64,000 bases of DNA, from positions 1-64,000 of the forward strand of contig NW_026921914.1 in assembly GCF_032062105.1 (NCBI RefSeq). Direction: 5' to 3'. Positions 13,097 to 26,580 of the stretch are shown piece after piece (within the stretch, counting starts at the first letter, position 1; each line of letters begins with the position of its first letter). Origin of the DNA: Saccostrea cucullata. Taxonomy: Eukaryota. The notes under the pieces were generated by a model. That model was not told where the DNA came from and made no database searches. It worked only from the letters and a program-made list of their open reading frames with translations. A program made the position numbers and the translations under genes.

Positions 13097-16000
13097 GCTC
13101 CTGGGTATTAAATAAACCAACTAAGTACATATTTATGATGTGCAAGAGTGCCTCTACCAAAATTGTGAATTTTATGGCCCCAGGGTCAGGGGTTCTGCTG
13201 TAGGGCGGGGCTATATTGATTATATAGTGAAAATACATGAATTCTTTGAAAATCATCTTTTCTGCTCCTGGGTATTAAATAAACTAACTAAGTGCATAGT
13301 TATGATGAGCAAGAGTGCCTCTACCAAAATAATGAATTTTATGGCCCCAGGGTCAGGGGTTCTGGTTTTAGGGCGGGGCTCTATTGATTATATGGTGAAA
13401 ATACATGAATTCTTTGAAAATCTTCTTCTCTGCTCCTAGGTATTAAATAAACTAACTAAGTACATAGTTATGATAAACAAGAGTGCCTCTACCAAAATTG
13501 TGAATTTTATGGCCCCAGGGTCAGGGGTTCTGGTGTTAGGGCAGGGCTCTATTGATTATATAGTGAAAATACATGAATTCTTTGAAAATCTTCTCTGCTC
13601 CTAGGTATTAAATAAACTTACTAAGTGCATAGTTATGATGAGCAAGAGTGCCTCTACCAAAATTGTGAATTTTATAGCCCCAGGGTCAGGGGTTCTGCTG
13701 TTAGGGCGGGGCTCTATTGATTATATAGTGAAAATACATGAATTCTTTGAAAATCTTCCTCTCTGCTCCTAGGTATTAAATAAACTAACTAAGTGATAGT
13801 TATGATGAGCAAGAGTGCCTCTACCAAAATTGTGAATTTTATGGCTCCAGGGTCAGGGGTTCTGGTTTTAGGGCGGGGCTCTATTGATTATATGGTGAAA
13901 ATACATGAATTCTTTGAAAATCTTCTTCTCTGCTCCTAGGTATTAAATAAACTAACTAAGTACATAGTTATGATGAACAAGAGTGCCTCTACCAAAATTG
14001 TTTTAATTTTTATGGCCCCAGGGTCAGGGGTTCTGGTGTTAGGGCGGGGCTCTATTGATTATATAGTGAAAATACATGAATTCTCTGAAAATCTTCTCTG
14101 CTCCTAGGTATTAAATAAACTTACTAAATGCAAAATTATGATGAGCAAGAGTGCCTCTACCAAAATTGTGAATTTTATAGCCCCAGGGTCAGGGGTTCTG
14201 CTGTTAGGGCGGGGCTCTATTGATTATATAGTGAAAATACATGAATTCTTTGAAAATCATCTTTTCTGCTCCTGGGTATTAAATAAACTAACTAAGTGCA
14301 TAGTTATGATGAGCAAGAGTGCTTCTACCAAAATAATTAATTTTATGGCCCCAGGGACAGGGGTCTGGTGTTAGGTTGGGACTGTATTGATTAAATAGAG
14401 AAAATACATGAATTCTTTGAAAATCTTCTCCTCAGCTCCTAGGAAATAAATAAACTAACTAAGTATATAGTTATGATGAGCAAGAATGCCTCTTCAATAA
14501 TTGTGAATTTTATAGCCCCAGGGTCAGGGGTTCTGGTGTTAGGGCGGGGCTCTATTGATTAAATAGTGAAAATACATTAAATCTTTGAAAATTTTCTTCG
14601 CTGCTCCAGGGTATTAAGCAGATGAACTACCAATATAGTTATGATGGACAAGGGCCGATATCTTCCACAATTGTGAATTTCAAGGCCCCAGGGTCAGGGG
14701 TACCATAGAGGGGGGGGGGGGGGGGTGGTGTACTTGTATACTGAAAATGAATGAATGGTTTGAAATCTGCTCCTTGGTATTAATCAAATATCAAGGCCTA
14801 AGGGTCAGGGGTTCATGTATGGTAGGGGTACTACTGATTATTGCTGAATATTACTGATTAGTTGAAATGCATTTTGTGTTCCCTTTCCCTGCGTATGGGT
14901 ATTAAGTAAACAAACTAAGCAACTGCTAAGTGTATTGTTATGATGATCAATGGTGCCTCTTTCAAAATTGTGAATGCCATAGCATCTGGCTTAAAACATG
15001 AATCAAATTCAATCACTGGAAAGTTGTTGCATAATGCTCAGGTGACCTATAAGGCTCATGGGCCTCTTGTTTCACTTTTAAATATTAGTGTGTTCTTTAT
15101 ACAGGCACTTTTGAAATTTGTACCATAAAACATCATGTTAGACAAATTTATATGCTAATAAGATACCATTTGTAACTCGAGACACTCAAATATTTATGTT
15201 TCGTTCCAGACCGTGTGTACTGTCATTGCGGCTCTTCTTCAGTACTTTTTCCTTGCCATGTTTTGCATTATGTTGGCCCTGGGAATCGATCTGGCAGTGG
15301 CCATACTTGATGTTTTCAGTACCAGATCTAGCTCTGCTCTTTTACTACTACTGGGCTGGGGTAAATTTATTAGTAATAATTACAGAAAATTTGTAGTTAT
15401 ATACTTAAGAATTTGTCCTAGGTTTTTTTAAACACCCTGACATAGTATTTTTTAATCATTGACGAGTATAAATTTCGAGTAATGTTATTCCCATCAAAAA
15501 AAAATTTAAATTAATAAATTTTAGGCGTTTGATTAGGCATAAAAATTGTGTAAGAAATTGATAAAATATAAATTTTTGAATCCTAACAATTAGATTTATT
15601 ATTTTCATGTGACTGTAATTGTTCCATTACATAAGGACTACCAGCTGCTGTCGTGGGAATCACGCTCGGAGCAACGGAACTGCATGACATAGGGAGTAAA
15701 ACGTTGTAAGTACATCATAAGTCTTAAAATTAGCTTCATACTATTGTTTTTTTTAAGTTGTTATTTTTCCTGTCCCATATTGTGATTTAAAGAAAAATTA
15801 CTTTGAGAGAAGATAAAAATTCAGTGGCATTAATGTAATTATATCATGATGAAAAGAGATTTCTAATGCATAGCACTGGTATCCATACCAGATCGGATTT
15901 ATCAAATGATTTTAAGAAATCTTATACACTTAATCGATTTGTACAAAAATTTCGTGCTTTGATTTAATTCAAAAGCTTAAAATATAACTTATAAAGCGTA

Positions 16001-19000
16001 CTTTAAACAGTCTTGATAATCTTTTTTAAAAGACCTTTTGTAAAAAGTATCCCTTTTAACAAATATATTGATTCAAAATAATTTTGTCACAATTGTCATT
16101 GATTTTCAATTATCTTTTTGTCAAATAATATATATAAAAAGCTTCTTTAATATTTCAGTTGCTGGCTGAGAAATAGTGCTCTTTATGGTTTTATTGTTCC
16201 TGCCCTGATCATTATTTCGGTAATGAAATAATATGATACATCTGATTTCTTATTATTTTCTAATGTTGAGAATTAAGTGCTATATATAACGAAAATAAGG
16301 CCTAGAGATAAACAATACAAATTTAAAAGATACAAACAACAAAGTGGAACAGAACTGTCATCGATATATCATGCATTATCATATAGATAATAAAAAGTCC
16401 CTGAATAATCCATAAAAATGCAAATACAGTAAAACCGTCTGAAACGGAGTGTCAGGGATAGACAATTTTGCTTCTTTTTATTCTTTTTATCCGTCAAGTT
16501 TACAATAAAAAATAAAATCACGGGGAATGAGAATCAATTTTTTGTAAATGTCAACCTATTATTAGTATCTTCACTATAATAGAGGTTTTCTGTAGATCAT
16601 AAGATTGGTTTACACATCCACTGGATTTGAAGCCGTTTTCAACGAAGATTCCGTGTGCGTTAGGCGGTATTTTGACGTCACTATCAAACCTCTTACAAGG
16701 TTGAAAAGGACGCTTGTTACTGCCGTAGTCAGCTGTATATTTGAGCCGAAATAATATCTTATATGTCTTATTATTTTATTTATTTTCCAATAATTTTGAT
16801 GTCCTACAAATCCGCGACAAGAAATCAGAAACTTATAACATGTATCCTATGCGCATTTTATTTTCTACAACAGAAGTTCGCTGCCAAACAAAAATGTGAT
16901 CGTCTTGCAACCTTCAATGTCTGACTTATTTTAAAAATCCTACTCTATATCAAAATAAAACAATTCGGACTCTTCCGTTTGAAAGTATGGTTTATTTTTC
17001 TCTAGTATAATATCATTACTGAGCACGGCTTTGCTTCGGTCTAATTGTCATTTTTCTGCTGAATAACGAACCATATATTCACCATGAAATAAGTCTATAG
17101 CTGCATAATTTTTTTATAGGATCATTTTGGTTTGATTTTTTCCCACTACAAGCACACATACATTTTGTTATATATATACATTTTATATTTAATTTGACTG
17201 ATCTGTATCTTTGTGGCTCAATAAATTATAACACACTGCTAATAAAAATCTTTCAGGTAAATTTTATCATCGTTGTTATGGTAATGAAAACGATGTTCTC
17301 TTCCTCTTTTATGGTGAAAAAGTCTCTGAAAGAAAAGACAATGTAAGTTTTACTTTGTAAGTGCTCAGAGATATGTACACATTTTTATCTGAATTTGATA
17401 TGAATATGTTTTTTAATATTAATGTTTTTAGCAGATAATATGTGCTGAAAATTTTAGACAATGGGAAAATTGGTTTATAGGTGTAGTAAAAACTGTTTTG
17501 ATTAACAGTTACATGCTGATATAGAAAAAAGTGTTCACAGGTTATTTTCTTCTTTTAAGATACAGCAAACTACACTTTATGATTGGGGCTTGAATGCTGT
17601 TTGCTATAACAATTTTCTTAGTATCCAAAATGTATAAATCCATTTGTACCTTTCATTTCATTTTCAAATATAATGTCAAAGAAAACGTCATTGCTATCCC
17701 CTAAAATTTTTTTTTATTGTTATATGTTGCAGAAGTGGGGTTCGAGGAATGAGTGCATTGTTACCTGTCCTTGGGTTGACTTGGGTTTTTGGAATTTTAT
17801 CAATAGATAGCAGCACCATTGTCTTCAAATATTTATTTGCCATATTTAATTCCTTACAAGTAAGTCTTCTTTCTAGACCTTTCCGTCAACAAATCGTAAA
17901 ATTGATTAGTTTTCATTCTCTGTTTTTTCTATCTGTGTGTTTGTCAATGGCTTCAATGCATATGGCAATCTAACAAACAAGCTTAAGTTTTATGATAAAC
18001 GGGTGTCTAACTCTTCAATCGTCAGTGTCCCTTACTTATATACATAAATACCCCCATCACCTGCGTACGGGGTTGATATCTTTCAGTTGAATCAATGGGT
18101 GAGAGCAAGCTACTCAGGAAAAATTTCTAAAATGAGGTACATGTATATTATTGGCAAACAAGTTGCTGAAACAAGAACAGCAATCTCATTTAGCATTACG
18201 TTATATGGCTGATTTCTGCATCTTCCTAGCCGTGAGTTCTGATGAGCGATGTGACCCACTGACCTCTTGTTTCTATTTATGAGTTATCACGTGATAATGA
18301 GGTGGTACAGTGCTTCTGTTTGATAATTTTAAAAGGATACTAACAATTATTATTCTTCTGTTAAAATGTTTCCTGTATAAAGTAAAAATCATAAAATAAC
18401 CACTTTTACCGGTCAGAAAATTTCCACGCATAGCTAAGGTTTAATTTGTGCTACCCAACCCTCAGAAAATTTTCATGTAATTTCTGCCGCCAATCTTAAT
18501 TTCCTAGAAAAAATCCATAGACTAATGATATCATCTTCAGCAGCATTGCGATGTCACCTTGACTGCTCATTCCAGCAATGTTTCTTTTTCAAAATACCAA
18601 AACTTTCATAATTTTCCTATGAATCTGTAATATCAGGGAAATCCAACCCTTAGAAATTATTATATACATCAGATGTAATAAAGCATTGTTTCATTGAACC
18701 CTGGTGGAATAAAACCTTTCACGGTTTGATAAAGAGCAACCCCACTGACAGCCAGTGGATAAGTGTATACTATGATTTATCATATTTGACAAATAACTGT
18801 TAAAATTATATTTAGACGATGGCTTCGTTTGGGCTTTTTTACCTGCACGCTAGTAGTGTTAAGCAGTGATAAAAAGATGTACAAGTGAAATCAGTGTCGT
18901 GGTCCTTAAAAACTCATTTTGCTTTATTCAAATATCTTGTATAATTCTGTATTTTTGTATTTCAGGGCCTTTTTATTTTCCTGTTCCATGTTTTAATGAA

Positions 19001-19936
19001 CAATCAGGTATGGCATGCATTCATGTGTAACAGGATAATAATGAACAATAAAATAAATAAAATATTAAGTTATTTGTCAGATTATCAAAGTATATTTCAT
19101 ACTCACTTTGCTTATTAAAATGGGATGTTTGGAAATGGAAAATAAAATTCAGATATGTTTGGTTTAACTTTTTATAAGTATGTATTTGTTATACCTCTAC
19201 ATTGCAGAGAGTCAGTGTATATTATATTTCATAGGTTCGGCAAGCCATGTCAAGAAAAATTAGAAAATATGAATCAAGAACTTTAACGACGCGAACGTCC
19301 AAGAACAAATTAGTAAGTGGAAAAACATAACTAAAACAATTTTGAAAGGTAATTTACAAATTTTTAATGGTGTCTGATCAATCCCAATTTTTTCTTAAAA
19401 TTGTAATCTTGAAATAAATTATTTTTCAAAAACACAAGTTTGGAAGTTCAGTTTATTTTTTTCCTAAAATTTGATATAGGTTTCAAAATCAAATTCTAAA
19501 GATTTATACAGTGAAGAGGAATTCAAAGGTAAATGTCTTTATTTTTTTTTTACTTCGACTATTTTTTACTATTTTAATTTTAACTAATTTTTTTGTTGTT
19601 ACGATTTTTTTTTTCAATTAAATAACAGAGGTCAGAAAATACTCTGAGGGATCCATTATACCAAGGATACAATTACCGGTATGTAAAAGATTGAACATGA
19701 AAAAAAGCCTCTTTTCAATTATTCATAACTGAAAATGTAGAAAATGCTAATTCAAATAGGATAGTAAAATACTATTAATTTTTTTTTTATAAATAAAATG
19801 ATTTAAGTTAATCAGTGAACTAAAATGAACATGAGAAAGCATAAGGAACAAAAGTAGGTGTAATTGAATGTGTTCATATATTTATTTTATTTTTCCATAG
19901 AATCCTGTTTACCGAGGAAAATCGACGCCATGTTGA
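8770..19936 (+). CDS. Adhesion GPCR (GAIN/GPS + secretin-family 7TM), 3' part of a multi-exon gene; 5' exons not found in window
   Basis: GAIN exons 8770-8840 (FIGVVSNLLD), 9369-9467, ~9548-9665, 9762-9832, 10024-10064, 10729-~10820, 11458-~11507 (CVFL), ~11936-12061 (TVCECNHLKNFAILMS), then 12 phase-consistent GT-AG exons from 12257 to the stop TGA at 19934-19936. Confidence 0.88.
12257..12363 (+). CDS. aGPCR exon, TM1 (LSEEDKKWLTMISIIGCSFSIVGAFATIVIYLYFW)
   Basis: ag/gt bounded, phase 0-2, IGC motif of aGPCR TM1. Confidence 0.9.
12459..12561 (+). CDS. aGPCR exon, TM2 (YIKSRRSVLIINLCVAL...)
   Basis: ag/gt bounded, phase 2-0, NLC motif. Confidence 0.9.
12665..15071 (+). mobile_element. Intronic HINE with ~167 bp satellite array (~11 units, ~12900-14700)
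   Basis: 5' palindrome aggtcacctgag..ctcaggtgacct, (GTC/GTGC) microsatellite, units with gtgcctctaccaaaa at 13148, 13315 etc., 3' ctcaggtgacc..catgggcctcttgtt. Confidence 0.88.
15210..15360 (+). CDS. aGPCR exon, TM3-TM4 (TVCTVIAALLQYFFLAMFCIML...LLGWG)
   Basis: ag/gt bounded, phase 0-1; matches family B TM3 and the GWG motif. Confidence 0.92.
15636..15705 (+). CDS. aGPCR exon, TM4 end/ECL2 (LPAAVVGITLGAT...)
   Basis: ag/gtaagt, phase 1-2. Confidence 0.88.
16159..16219 (+). CDS. aGPCR exon, CWL/TM5 (CWLRNSALYGFIVPALIIIS)
   Basis: ag/gt, phase 2-0, CWL motif. Confidence 0.9.
16427..16592. mobile_element. Short degenerate Tc1/mariner-type MITE
   Basis: TA|CAGTAAAACC ... GGTTTTCTG|TA. Confidence 0.4.
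17257..17342 (+). CDS. aGPCR exon, TM5/ICL3 (VNFIIVVMVMKTMF...)
   Basis: ag/gtaagt, phase 0-2. Confidence 0.88.
17733..17859 (+). CDS. aGPCR exon, TM6-TM7 (LLPVLGLTWVFG...FAIFNSLQ)
   Basis: ag/gtaagt, phase 2-0; LLP.LG.TW and NSLQ motifs. Confidence 0.93.
17980..18210 (+). mobile_element. Degenerate Penelope-like RT C-terminal fragment
   Basis: Reads approximately PYL..N.PSPAYGV.I.QL..RAS, matching the same region of the relic at 21415-22450. Confidence 0.5.
18966..19007 (+). CDS. aGPCR exon, TM7 end (GLFIFLFHVLMNNQ)
   Basis: ag/gt, phase 0-0, completes QG.FIF motif. Confidence 0.9.
19235..19312 (+). CDS. aGPCR exon, helix 8/C-tail (VRQAMSRKIRKY...)
   Basis: ag/gtaagt, phase 0-0. Confidence 0.85.
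19480..19528 (+). CDS. aGPCR C-tail exon
   Basis: ag/gt, phase 0-1, open. Confidence 0.7.
19629..19678 (+). CDS. aGPCR C-tail exon
   Basis: ag/gtatgt, phase 1-0, open. Confidence 0.7.
19901..19936 (+). CDS. aGPCR terminal coding exon (NPVYRGKSTPC*)
   Basis: Strong acceptor ttttccatag, TGA at 19934. Confidence 0.7.
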   Translation, partial: NPVYRGKSTPC

Positions 19937-20392
19937 ATATTTCTTATAATGCGTTTTGATACTCTTTTTGCATTATCATCATTTGATATGTGATTTTGGA
20001 CTTTAAAGAAGAGGATATAAACGTAGTGAAGTCTAGAAAAACTATATATTGATGATATACTATTTCGTGATTTTTGCTGTTCATGTACAAAAAATTATTA
20101 TTATTGGTTGACATCCCGCTTCATAATGATTTAGATAATGGTCACTTGTTTATAAAAACTGTTCATATATGCAATGAACATTGAAGATCGAGTGCATATA
20201 ATTATTATGCTGGAGCATAAACAACTTATTTTTGTTGTGGTAAAAGTATATTTATTTTTAAGGTTATCCAATCTTCAATTTTATTCATGTAATTATTTAA
20301 CACGATTCCCATGTTGTGCATGATTTGGTTTCTTAGATATATTTTATTTTCCTTACCTGTACACTTGCACATATCTGTGATACTATTCTTCA

Positions 20393-20398
20393 AATAAA
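20393..20398 (+). promoter_or_regulatory. Candidate polyadenylation signal of the aGPCR gene
   Basis: AATAAA ~460 nt after the stop codon. Confidence 0.35.
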
Positions 20399-20826
20399 CT
20401 GTGGAAAATTTTAATAGATTTGCAAGTTAAAACTAAAATTAATTGAATTTAAAAAAAAAGATCTTTACAACAAGTTGATAATCAAATACCGAATGACTAC
20501 TAGAAAAGATTTTAATTTTTTTTGTAGAAACACTCAGAGGAATATTACACTTGTTATGAGCCTTTTGAATCAGATACTAAGTAGACAGAACATGCTATAG
20601 TCAGATTCAGTATAAAAACAAAGGCCTACCAATTGGTATGAGTGATTTTCTACTTCCATTCTTTTTGAAAAAAAATATCGGTCTATGATGTCATAAAAAT
20701 TGGACTTTCATAAAATGTTGAGAAGTAGTATTGATGTTATTAATTCTGGTATAATTTTATGATTTCAAATTTCAGAGTTCCATTGGATTTTTAAAGTTTC
20801 AAAACCTGATAAGCACTACGTTTTAA

Positions 20827-20960
20827 AGGTGCATGGACACAGATTTGAAAATAATGTTTTCTGTATAATATCATGATTTATATATATTAATAGCATTTCA
20901 CACAAAAATGTATTGAAATTTTTATTTCATTTAAAGTTATTAAAACTTCAAATTTTTGGA
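20827..20960. mobile_element. Kolobok-like terminus (TTAA target), homologous to the 5' end of the element at 55630
   Basis: ttaa|aggtgcatggacacagatttgaa..taatagcatttcacacaaaaa..aaaacttcaaattttt shared with 55626-55765. Confidence 0.5.
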
Positions 20961-21414
20961 TTGTTTGATGGAAAGATCCTTACACTTTTCACCAGTTTTT
21001 TTTACTTTTATTAAAACTTTAATCCAGAAAAATAATTACTGTGAGTATATTCAGAGTAGAAATGTTCGAAAGCAAAACCCCTTCACAAGTATCGTCATTT
21101 TATTCGCAATTGCAAGAACGAAGAACTTCCTAAATGTTCTCCTTCATTAATCTGTTAATAATTTAGAAAGGAGTAAAAAAAAAAGAGGCTTGGAGGAACA
21201 TTTATTGGAACCCACTTATTTTTGAAGAAAGATTAATCGATTTGCTTATCAAATATTGAGAGGAAGAAACAATACTTCAAATAGAAAAATAAATCACGAT
21301 TTCAAACATTCTTTTCATCACAACAACTATGAATTTGATCTATAATCAGGTCTGTTAAGTTTTTATATCAAGTGCTTTTGTTTCAAAATAAGTTTACAAG
21401 GAAATATATGCATG

Positions 21415-22450
21415 TAGAGATAACGAACATTATTCAAGCTCAACAGCCCATTTCACAGTAAAAAATAGGAGCATTGCCAACACGGATCTCAAACACAACA
21501 GGTAGGATCAGGTGCCATGTAGAAGGGATTATCCCCGGCTAAACGCCACCTCCGCCGTGTGCTCCCTGTCATGATTGGGAAATAACGTAGAAAATATGTT
21601 GTCAATTCAGCATGTAAATAATGGACAACAATTTGTATGAAAAACCTCAGTCAGCATTAGATTCAATAACAAATTGCTGACAAGGCCATTGTACAGTAAA
21701 ACTCGGTTATAACGATGAAATTGCTTCGCTATAGCCGTAATTCGTTATAACCGTATAAGAAATTTATATAGCTGGGGATTCAAGATGAATTCGCTATATC
21801 CGTGAATTCGCAATATCCGTATTCGTTATTACCGAGTTTTACTGTATCGACCATAGAACTTACGATATTATGACCTTAAACGAGACTGCTAATATTCTTG
21901 TTTCACTACCTTGTTTGTCAATAATTTACCATTTTAGAAATAGTACATACATATAGCATGCTATTGTGTATCGAATCAACTGAGAGATATAAACTCCGTA
22001 TGCAGGTGATAATGATGTATTACTGGATAAGTAAGTGACATTGGCGATTGAAAAGAAGTCACTCTGTTTATCATAGAGTTTGGTTGTTGGATTACCATTA
22101 ACGTCTCCTTCAAATGAAATAATATCTAAGTGTGAGACAGATGTGGTAGAATTTTTTGTGGTATCTTTTATCTCAAGCTCACCTGGATGACTGTATCGTA
22201 TTGAAATAAGAATGGGAAATCACCTATGTGAAATGACATTATGTCGTCGATATATTTTTATGTCGAGTGAAGGCTTCGACCGGTTTATTTTCTAGATTTT
22301 GAACAAATTCTGCTTCATATGAATATTAAACCAGGTCTGCTAAAAATGAACTCAATTTGACCCATGGAATTACAGTAGATTGTTGGAAGACCCGGTCTTC
22401 AAGAGCCACTTTGGTATTGTTAATAAAAAACTCAAGCATTTTTATATGTA
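21415..22450 (-). mobile_element. Degenerate Penelope-like retroelement (RT pseudogene + 3' end)
   Basis: Minus strand reads KMLEFFINN..VFQQS..IP..LADL..YSYEAEF..YIDD..YPGELEIKDTT..AYGVYISQLIRY with stops and frameshifts. Confidence 0.75.
21694..21844. mobile_element. Tc1/mariner (Tigger-like) MITE inserted in the Penelope relic
   Basis: TA|CAGTAAAACTCGG...CCGAGTTTTACTG|TA. Confidence 0.85.
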
Positions 22451-22732
22451 AGCTTTATATCTAACTACTTCACATTGATTTATTTCTATTTGCCTTCGGG
22501 CTTGTATTACATCTTAACTCTCTTCTTCTTAATCACCTTCGAGTTTTTCTTTGTAATACACTTTACAACTTTCATTGTAAATCAAATAAAGCTTCTGTAG
22601 GATAACGTCTAACTTATGACTAACATAAGACAATAAAGGTGTTCAAAGTGAATGTGAACAGACACCATATGAGATGTTGATAGGTTTTCACGTATATGTC
22701 ACGTGACCACCTATTTATTTCATAGGTCGGTA

Positions 22733-23787
22733 GGGTGAATTCACCATGCATCGGATACCCTTGTACTTCAACGAGTTCTAGCGATATCGCTACCGACGGA
22801 AAATTATCAAAATGGAGCTTAACATTTAGTTTGTGATTAAAATATCAATTTGGGACACAATTATATGCCCTTAATTGAGAAAATATCCTCAAAAATCTTT
22901 TGAGTTTTTAGGAATAACTCAAAATTCACATGGATCGGACATTGTTTACCATGCATCGGACAGACGGTATTTTGACCGGAAAACTATCATACCTTTATCA
23001 AAGTGCTTTAAAATGCTTGATATGGATATTTTTTTATCTTTTATCTAAGAAATAACCCTCGACTTAAATTTAATTGACGATATCGTTGAACAAATGTAAA
23101 ACGATTCAAGAGACCTCACTCTGCCTTAGAAATGTTTTAAAATGCTTATAATGCGGTAATTCGCGCCTTTTTTTCATGGTTTATCATACTCTGGTTTGTA
23201 GAAAGTAATTGAGTCAAATTCCAGACGTCATATATCTATAACTTGTATTTTGACTAAAAATATAGAGTTTTTATTTTCTTTTTCTGCAAAAAACAGCTAT
23301 CAGCTGGGTTCTGTATGAAAATGGTAGTGCTCACCTTTGCATCGGAAAGTGTCCGATGCATGGTTAATTTGTGTCCGATGTACGGAGAAATGAACATACT
23401 GTTGAAAACCACCTCTAAAAAGAGTTATACGAATAATGAAGTGAAATTTCTTTAAAATTTATGTAAAATTACCAATCTTTGACTTTATTCACCAAAGTCT
23501 TACTCGTTCTGTTGAAGTCGAATTTTAAGAACGATAACTCAAAAAATCGCAAAATCATAAATTTCTGGTTATTCCCCTTTGATGATGTAAAATATGACGT
23601 AACTTCAAGGCCATTCTCGGGGTATTTTTATCATAACATAATAATAACAATCGGTATCATTAAAGAATTTAAATCTTCAGCTTTAAGACAGAAACAAATA
23701 AATACACGGAACTCTTAAGTTGAAAGAGAGTTATTGTCTAAAGTTGTCCGAAGCAAGGTATGTGTCCGATGCATGGTGAATTCACCC
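22733..23787. mobile_element. Non-autonomous TIR DNA element with TA TSD
   Basis: Perfect TIR GGGTGAATTCACCATGCATCGGA / TCCGATGCATGGTGAATTCACCC; internal copies of ccatgcatcgga. Confidence 0.85.
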
Positions 23788-25989
23788 TATTGCTCACGAT
23801 TTGTATTGTTTTATAAGAAAATTGAGCTTGATAGCTGTTTTTTTCTATACGTTCCATTGATGAAACAATAATCACTTCCCAAAAGCTATTTCGTTGGACA
23901 CGTTTTATAAACATTTCCTTCAGAGATCTATCTTAATATCTTAATCAACTGACTGCAAGTGACAGAATTCTCATGTCCTTTAGCTTTATATGGTGGAGGT
24001 GCTTTATCATAGGTTTTTAGGTTATTGGGAATGAAATATGTGGAGATAACGAACAGTATTCAACAAGCTCAAAAAGCCAAAATTGGAGCGGGGAAAACAT
24101 GGACTTGCAACACATCAAGTTTGTTCCTTTCTTTAAAAAAATTTTACTGCACATTTTCTTAAATATTTAAAATTGATCATGAATGTTGACAATCTTTTTT
24201 TCTGTTCTCTCTGTAGGTGCGCTAAACAAAACAACAATTTTTAGAATAATAATTGTATTTATGTATTGAATGCGATAACTTAGTTTGGAGGTTTCCGGTA
24301 GGATTAATTGATAAAATATAAAAAATTCTTAGATCCACGCCTTGGTTGATGGATTACGTGTGATAGAAGGTGTAAGGTCACGTGGTCATTCAGTTGTATT
24401 GTGATAACCCGCCTGCTGACCACGCTAAAATTAGAGGCACGTCTATTTTGAAGATTTGTTACAACGTCTGTGATTGTTTAACTTAGCTGAACGTGCCCTG
24501 TCTTTCTGTCGAGATGAAATTCCAAAGAATTGAAAGGAGCAAAGAATTGTTCGTGTTGTAAAGTGCCATTTACAAGAACGGGGGGATTTTTTTGGTTTAT
24601 TGTTTACTGATGCGGTGGTACATAATATGTGCGCGGGTTATCAAATATATTACCTGATTACTGTATGATACATTTGGTGTATTTTTCTGCCGATATGAAC
24701 TTTATTTATAGGCAGATATTCATGAGAAGAACATATTTCATGGAGCTATTTTATTGCGACATCAAACGTGGAACTTTTTCCTATAGTCTGAATTTTGAAA
24801 GGATTTCAAAGTAAGCTATTTGTTACTGGTTGAACAAAACAAATAGATACCTTTAATGATTACTATCTCTATATCGATCTCCATGATCAGTGGACACAGA
24901 GTTTGATCAACAAAAGTTGTGATAGATAACGAACATCCTGCAAGTATCTGCTGCAAGCATCGCTATTTCACAGCTGGGGCCACAGCGGGAGACCCTGAAC
25001 CTCAACGACTTGGGCGTTTTAGGTCCAGCCGGCATACACCTGTGCTGCTTCACCGCGTGCATAACAGAGTTTGCCTTCCCATGTAATTGAGGACGAAGGC
25101 CAGTATTATGTTTACTTTATAATTGATTTACAATTATACATAACGCGCTTGGGGTTTCCAAATAGTTTTTTGTGTATAAGTTATCACTTTCAATTATTCA
25201 AAGGCATTGTTTAATACTCAAATCATGTATATACTCTATGGTGTAAGCTTTTAAGTTAGCAACTTTATGCAAAGTTATTTAGTTTTATTGAACTACAATG
25301 AAAATTTCAATTACCTATCATAGTTTGCATATTTCATGTGTTTGCATTCAACATGATGTAAAACAGCTAGGCAGCATTGTTAAAACACTGCCCCTTCCTT
25401 AACAGGCATCTAATAGGTAATGTCAGCTATCTTTTAAGGTTAGTTGAGAAATGTGTATTGTAATCATGTAAATAAATGTACCAATATCTCATTTTCACTC
25501 TTTGGAGTTTAAGGGTTGTGGACTGAGCTTTATATACATAGTTCAGATAGTTACTATAATACTTTGGTGTTTCTTGAATTGCTCCTTATTGTTTGATCAG
25601 TTTTGGTACAAAGTTTATATGTAACATTTCATGTTTTGTATATTGATAAATATTGAATGGATATTGTACAAAGTCTAGGTAGTCAAGGTATATGTACTAG
25701 TTTGGTTGGTGTAGACAATATTAACATGATTACTCAAGATGTTTATCTTTTCGGTGGATAATTTATGTACTTATTGGGTTGGTGTTGTTAACTGTTTAAA
25801 CTGTTGATACAAAGTTGATAGTTACAAATTGAATCGGTGTTACTCAAGTGGTTGATTATTTTAGTACATTGTACAAAGTTAATAATTATGTACTAATGGG
25901 ATCAGTTTTAATACTCTTTCAAGTTTATTCAAGTTTATTGTTTTGATAAAAAGTTGATAAGTATCTACTTGATCAGTGTTGCTTAAGTT

Positions 25990-26580
25990 GTTTATTGTTT
26001 TGGTACAAGGTTTTACCTATTGGGTCAAAGTTACCCATAGTGTTTATTGGTTTGGTACACAGTACATATGTACTTATTGGGTCAGAGTTACCCATGTTGT
26101 TTGGTACACAGTAGTTATTCACTTATTGATCACAGTTACCTTTGTTGTTTATTGTTTGGTACACAGTAGATTTGTACATGTTGGGGTTGTATACCCATAT
26201 TGTTTTGGTGCATAATATTTGTACCTATGGGTCAGTATACCCATATTGTTTTGGTACACAATATTTGTACCTGTGGGTCGGTATACCCACATTGTGTTGG
26301 TACACAGTAGATTGTACCTGTGGGTCGGTATACTCACATTGTTTTGGTACACAATATTTGTACCTGTGGGTCGGTATACTCACATTGTTTTGGTACACAG
26401 TAGATTGTACCTGTGGGTCGGTATACCCACATTGTTTTGGTACACAGTAGATATTTACCTGTGGGTCGGTATACCCACATTGTTTTGGTACACAGTAGAT
26501 TGTACCTGTGGGTCGGTTTACCCACATTGTTTTGGTACACAGTAGATTTGTACCTGTGGGTCAGTTTACCCATATTGTTT
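25990..26580. repeat. Minisatellite, ~47 bp unit
   Basis: tgttttggtacacagtagattgtacctgtgggtcggtatacccacat about 10 times; source of the overlapping repetitive ORFs. Confidence 0.9.

Noticed and set aside
12750-14374. Repetitive ORFs (FMAPGSGVL...)
   Set aside because: Products of the 167-bp satellite array inside an intronic HINE
18236-18272. CTGATGAG as a hammerhead core
   Set aside because: It is a decayed HINE 3' end (caggtgagcgatgtggcc..ctcttgtt); no GAAA or stems
26200-26580. CRISPR-like regular repeats
   Set aside because: Head-to-tail tandem units without unique spacers, eukaryotic context, no cas genes
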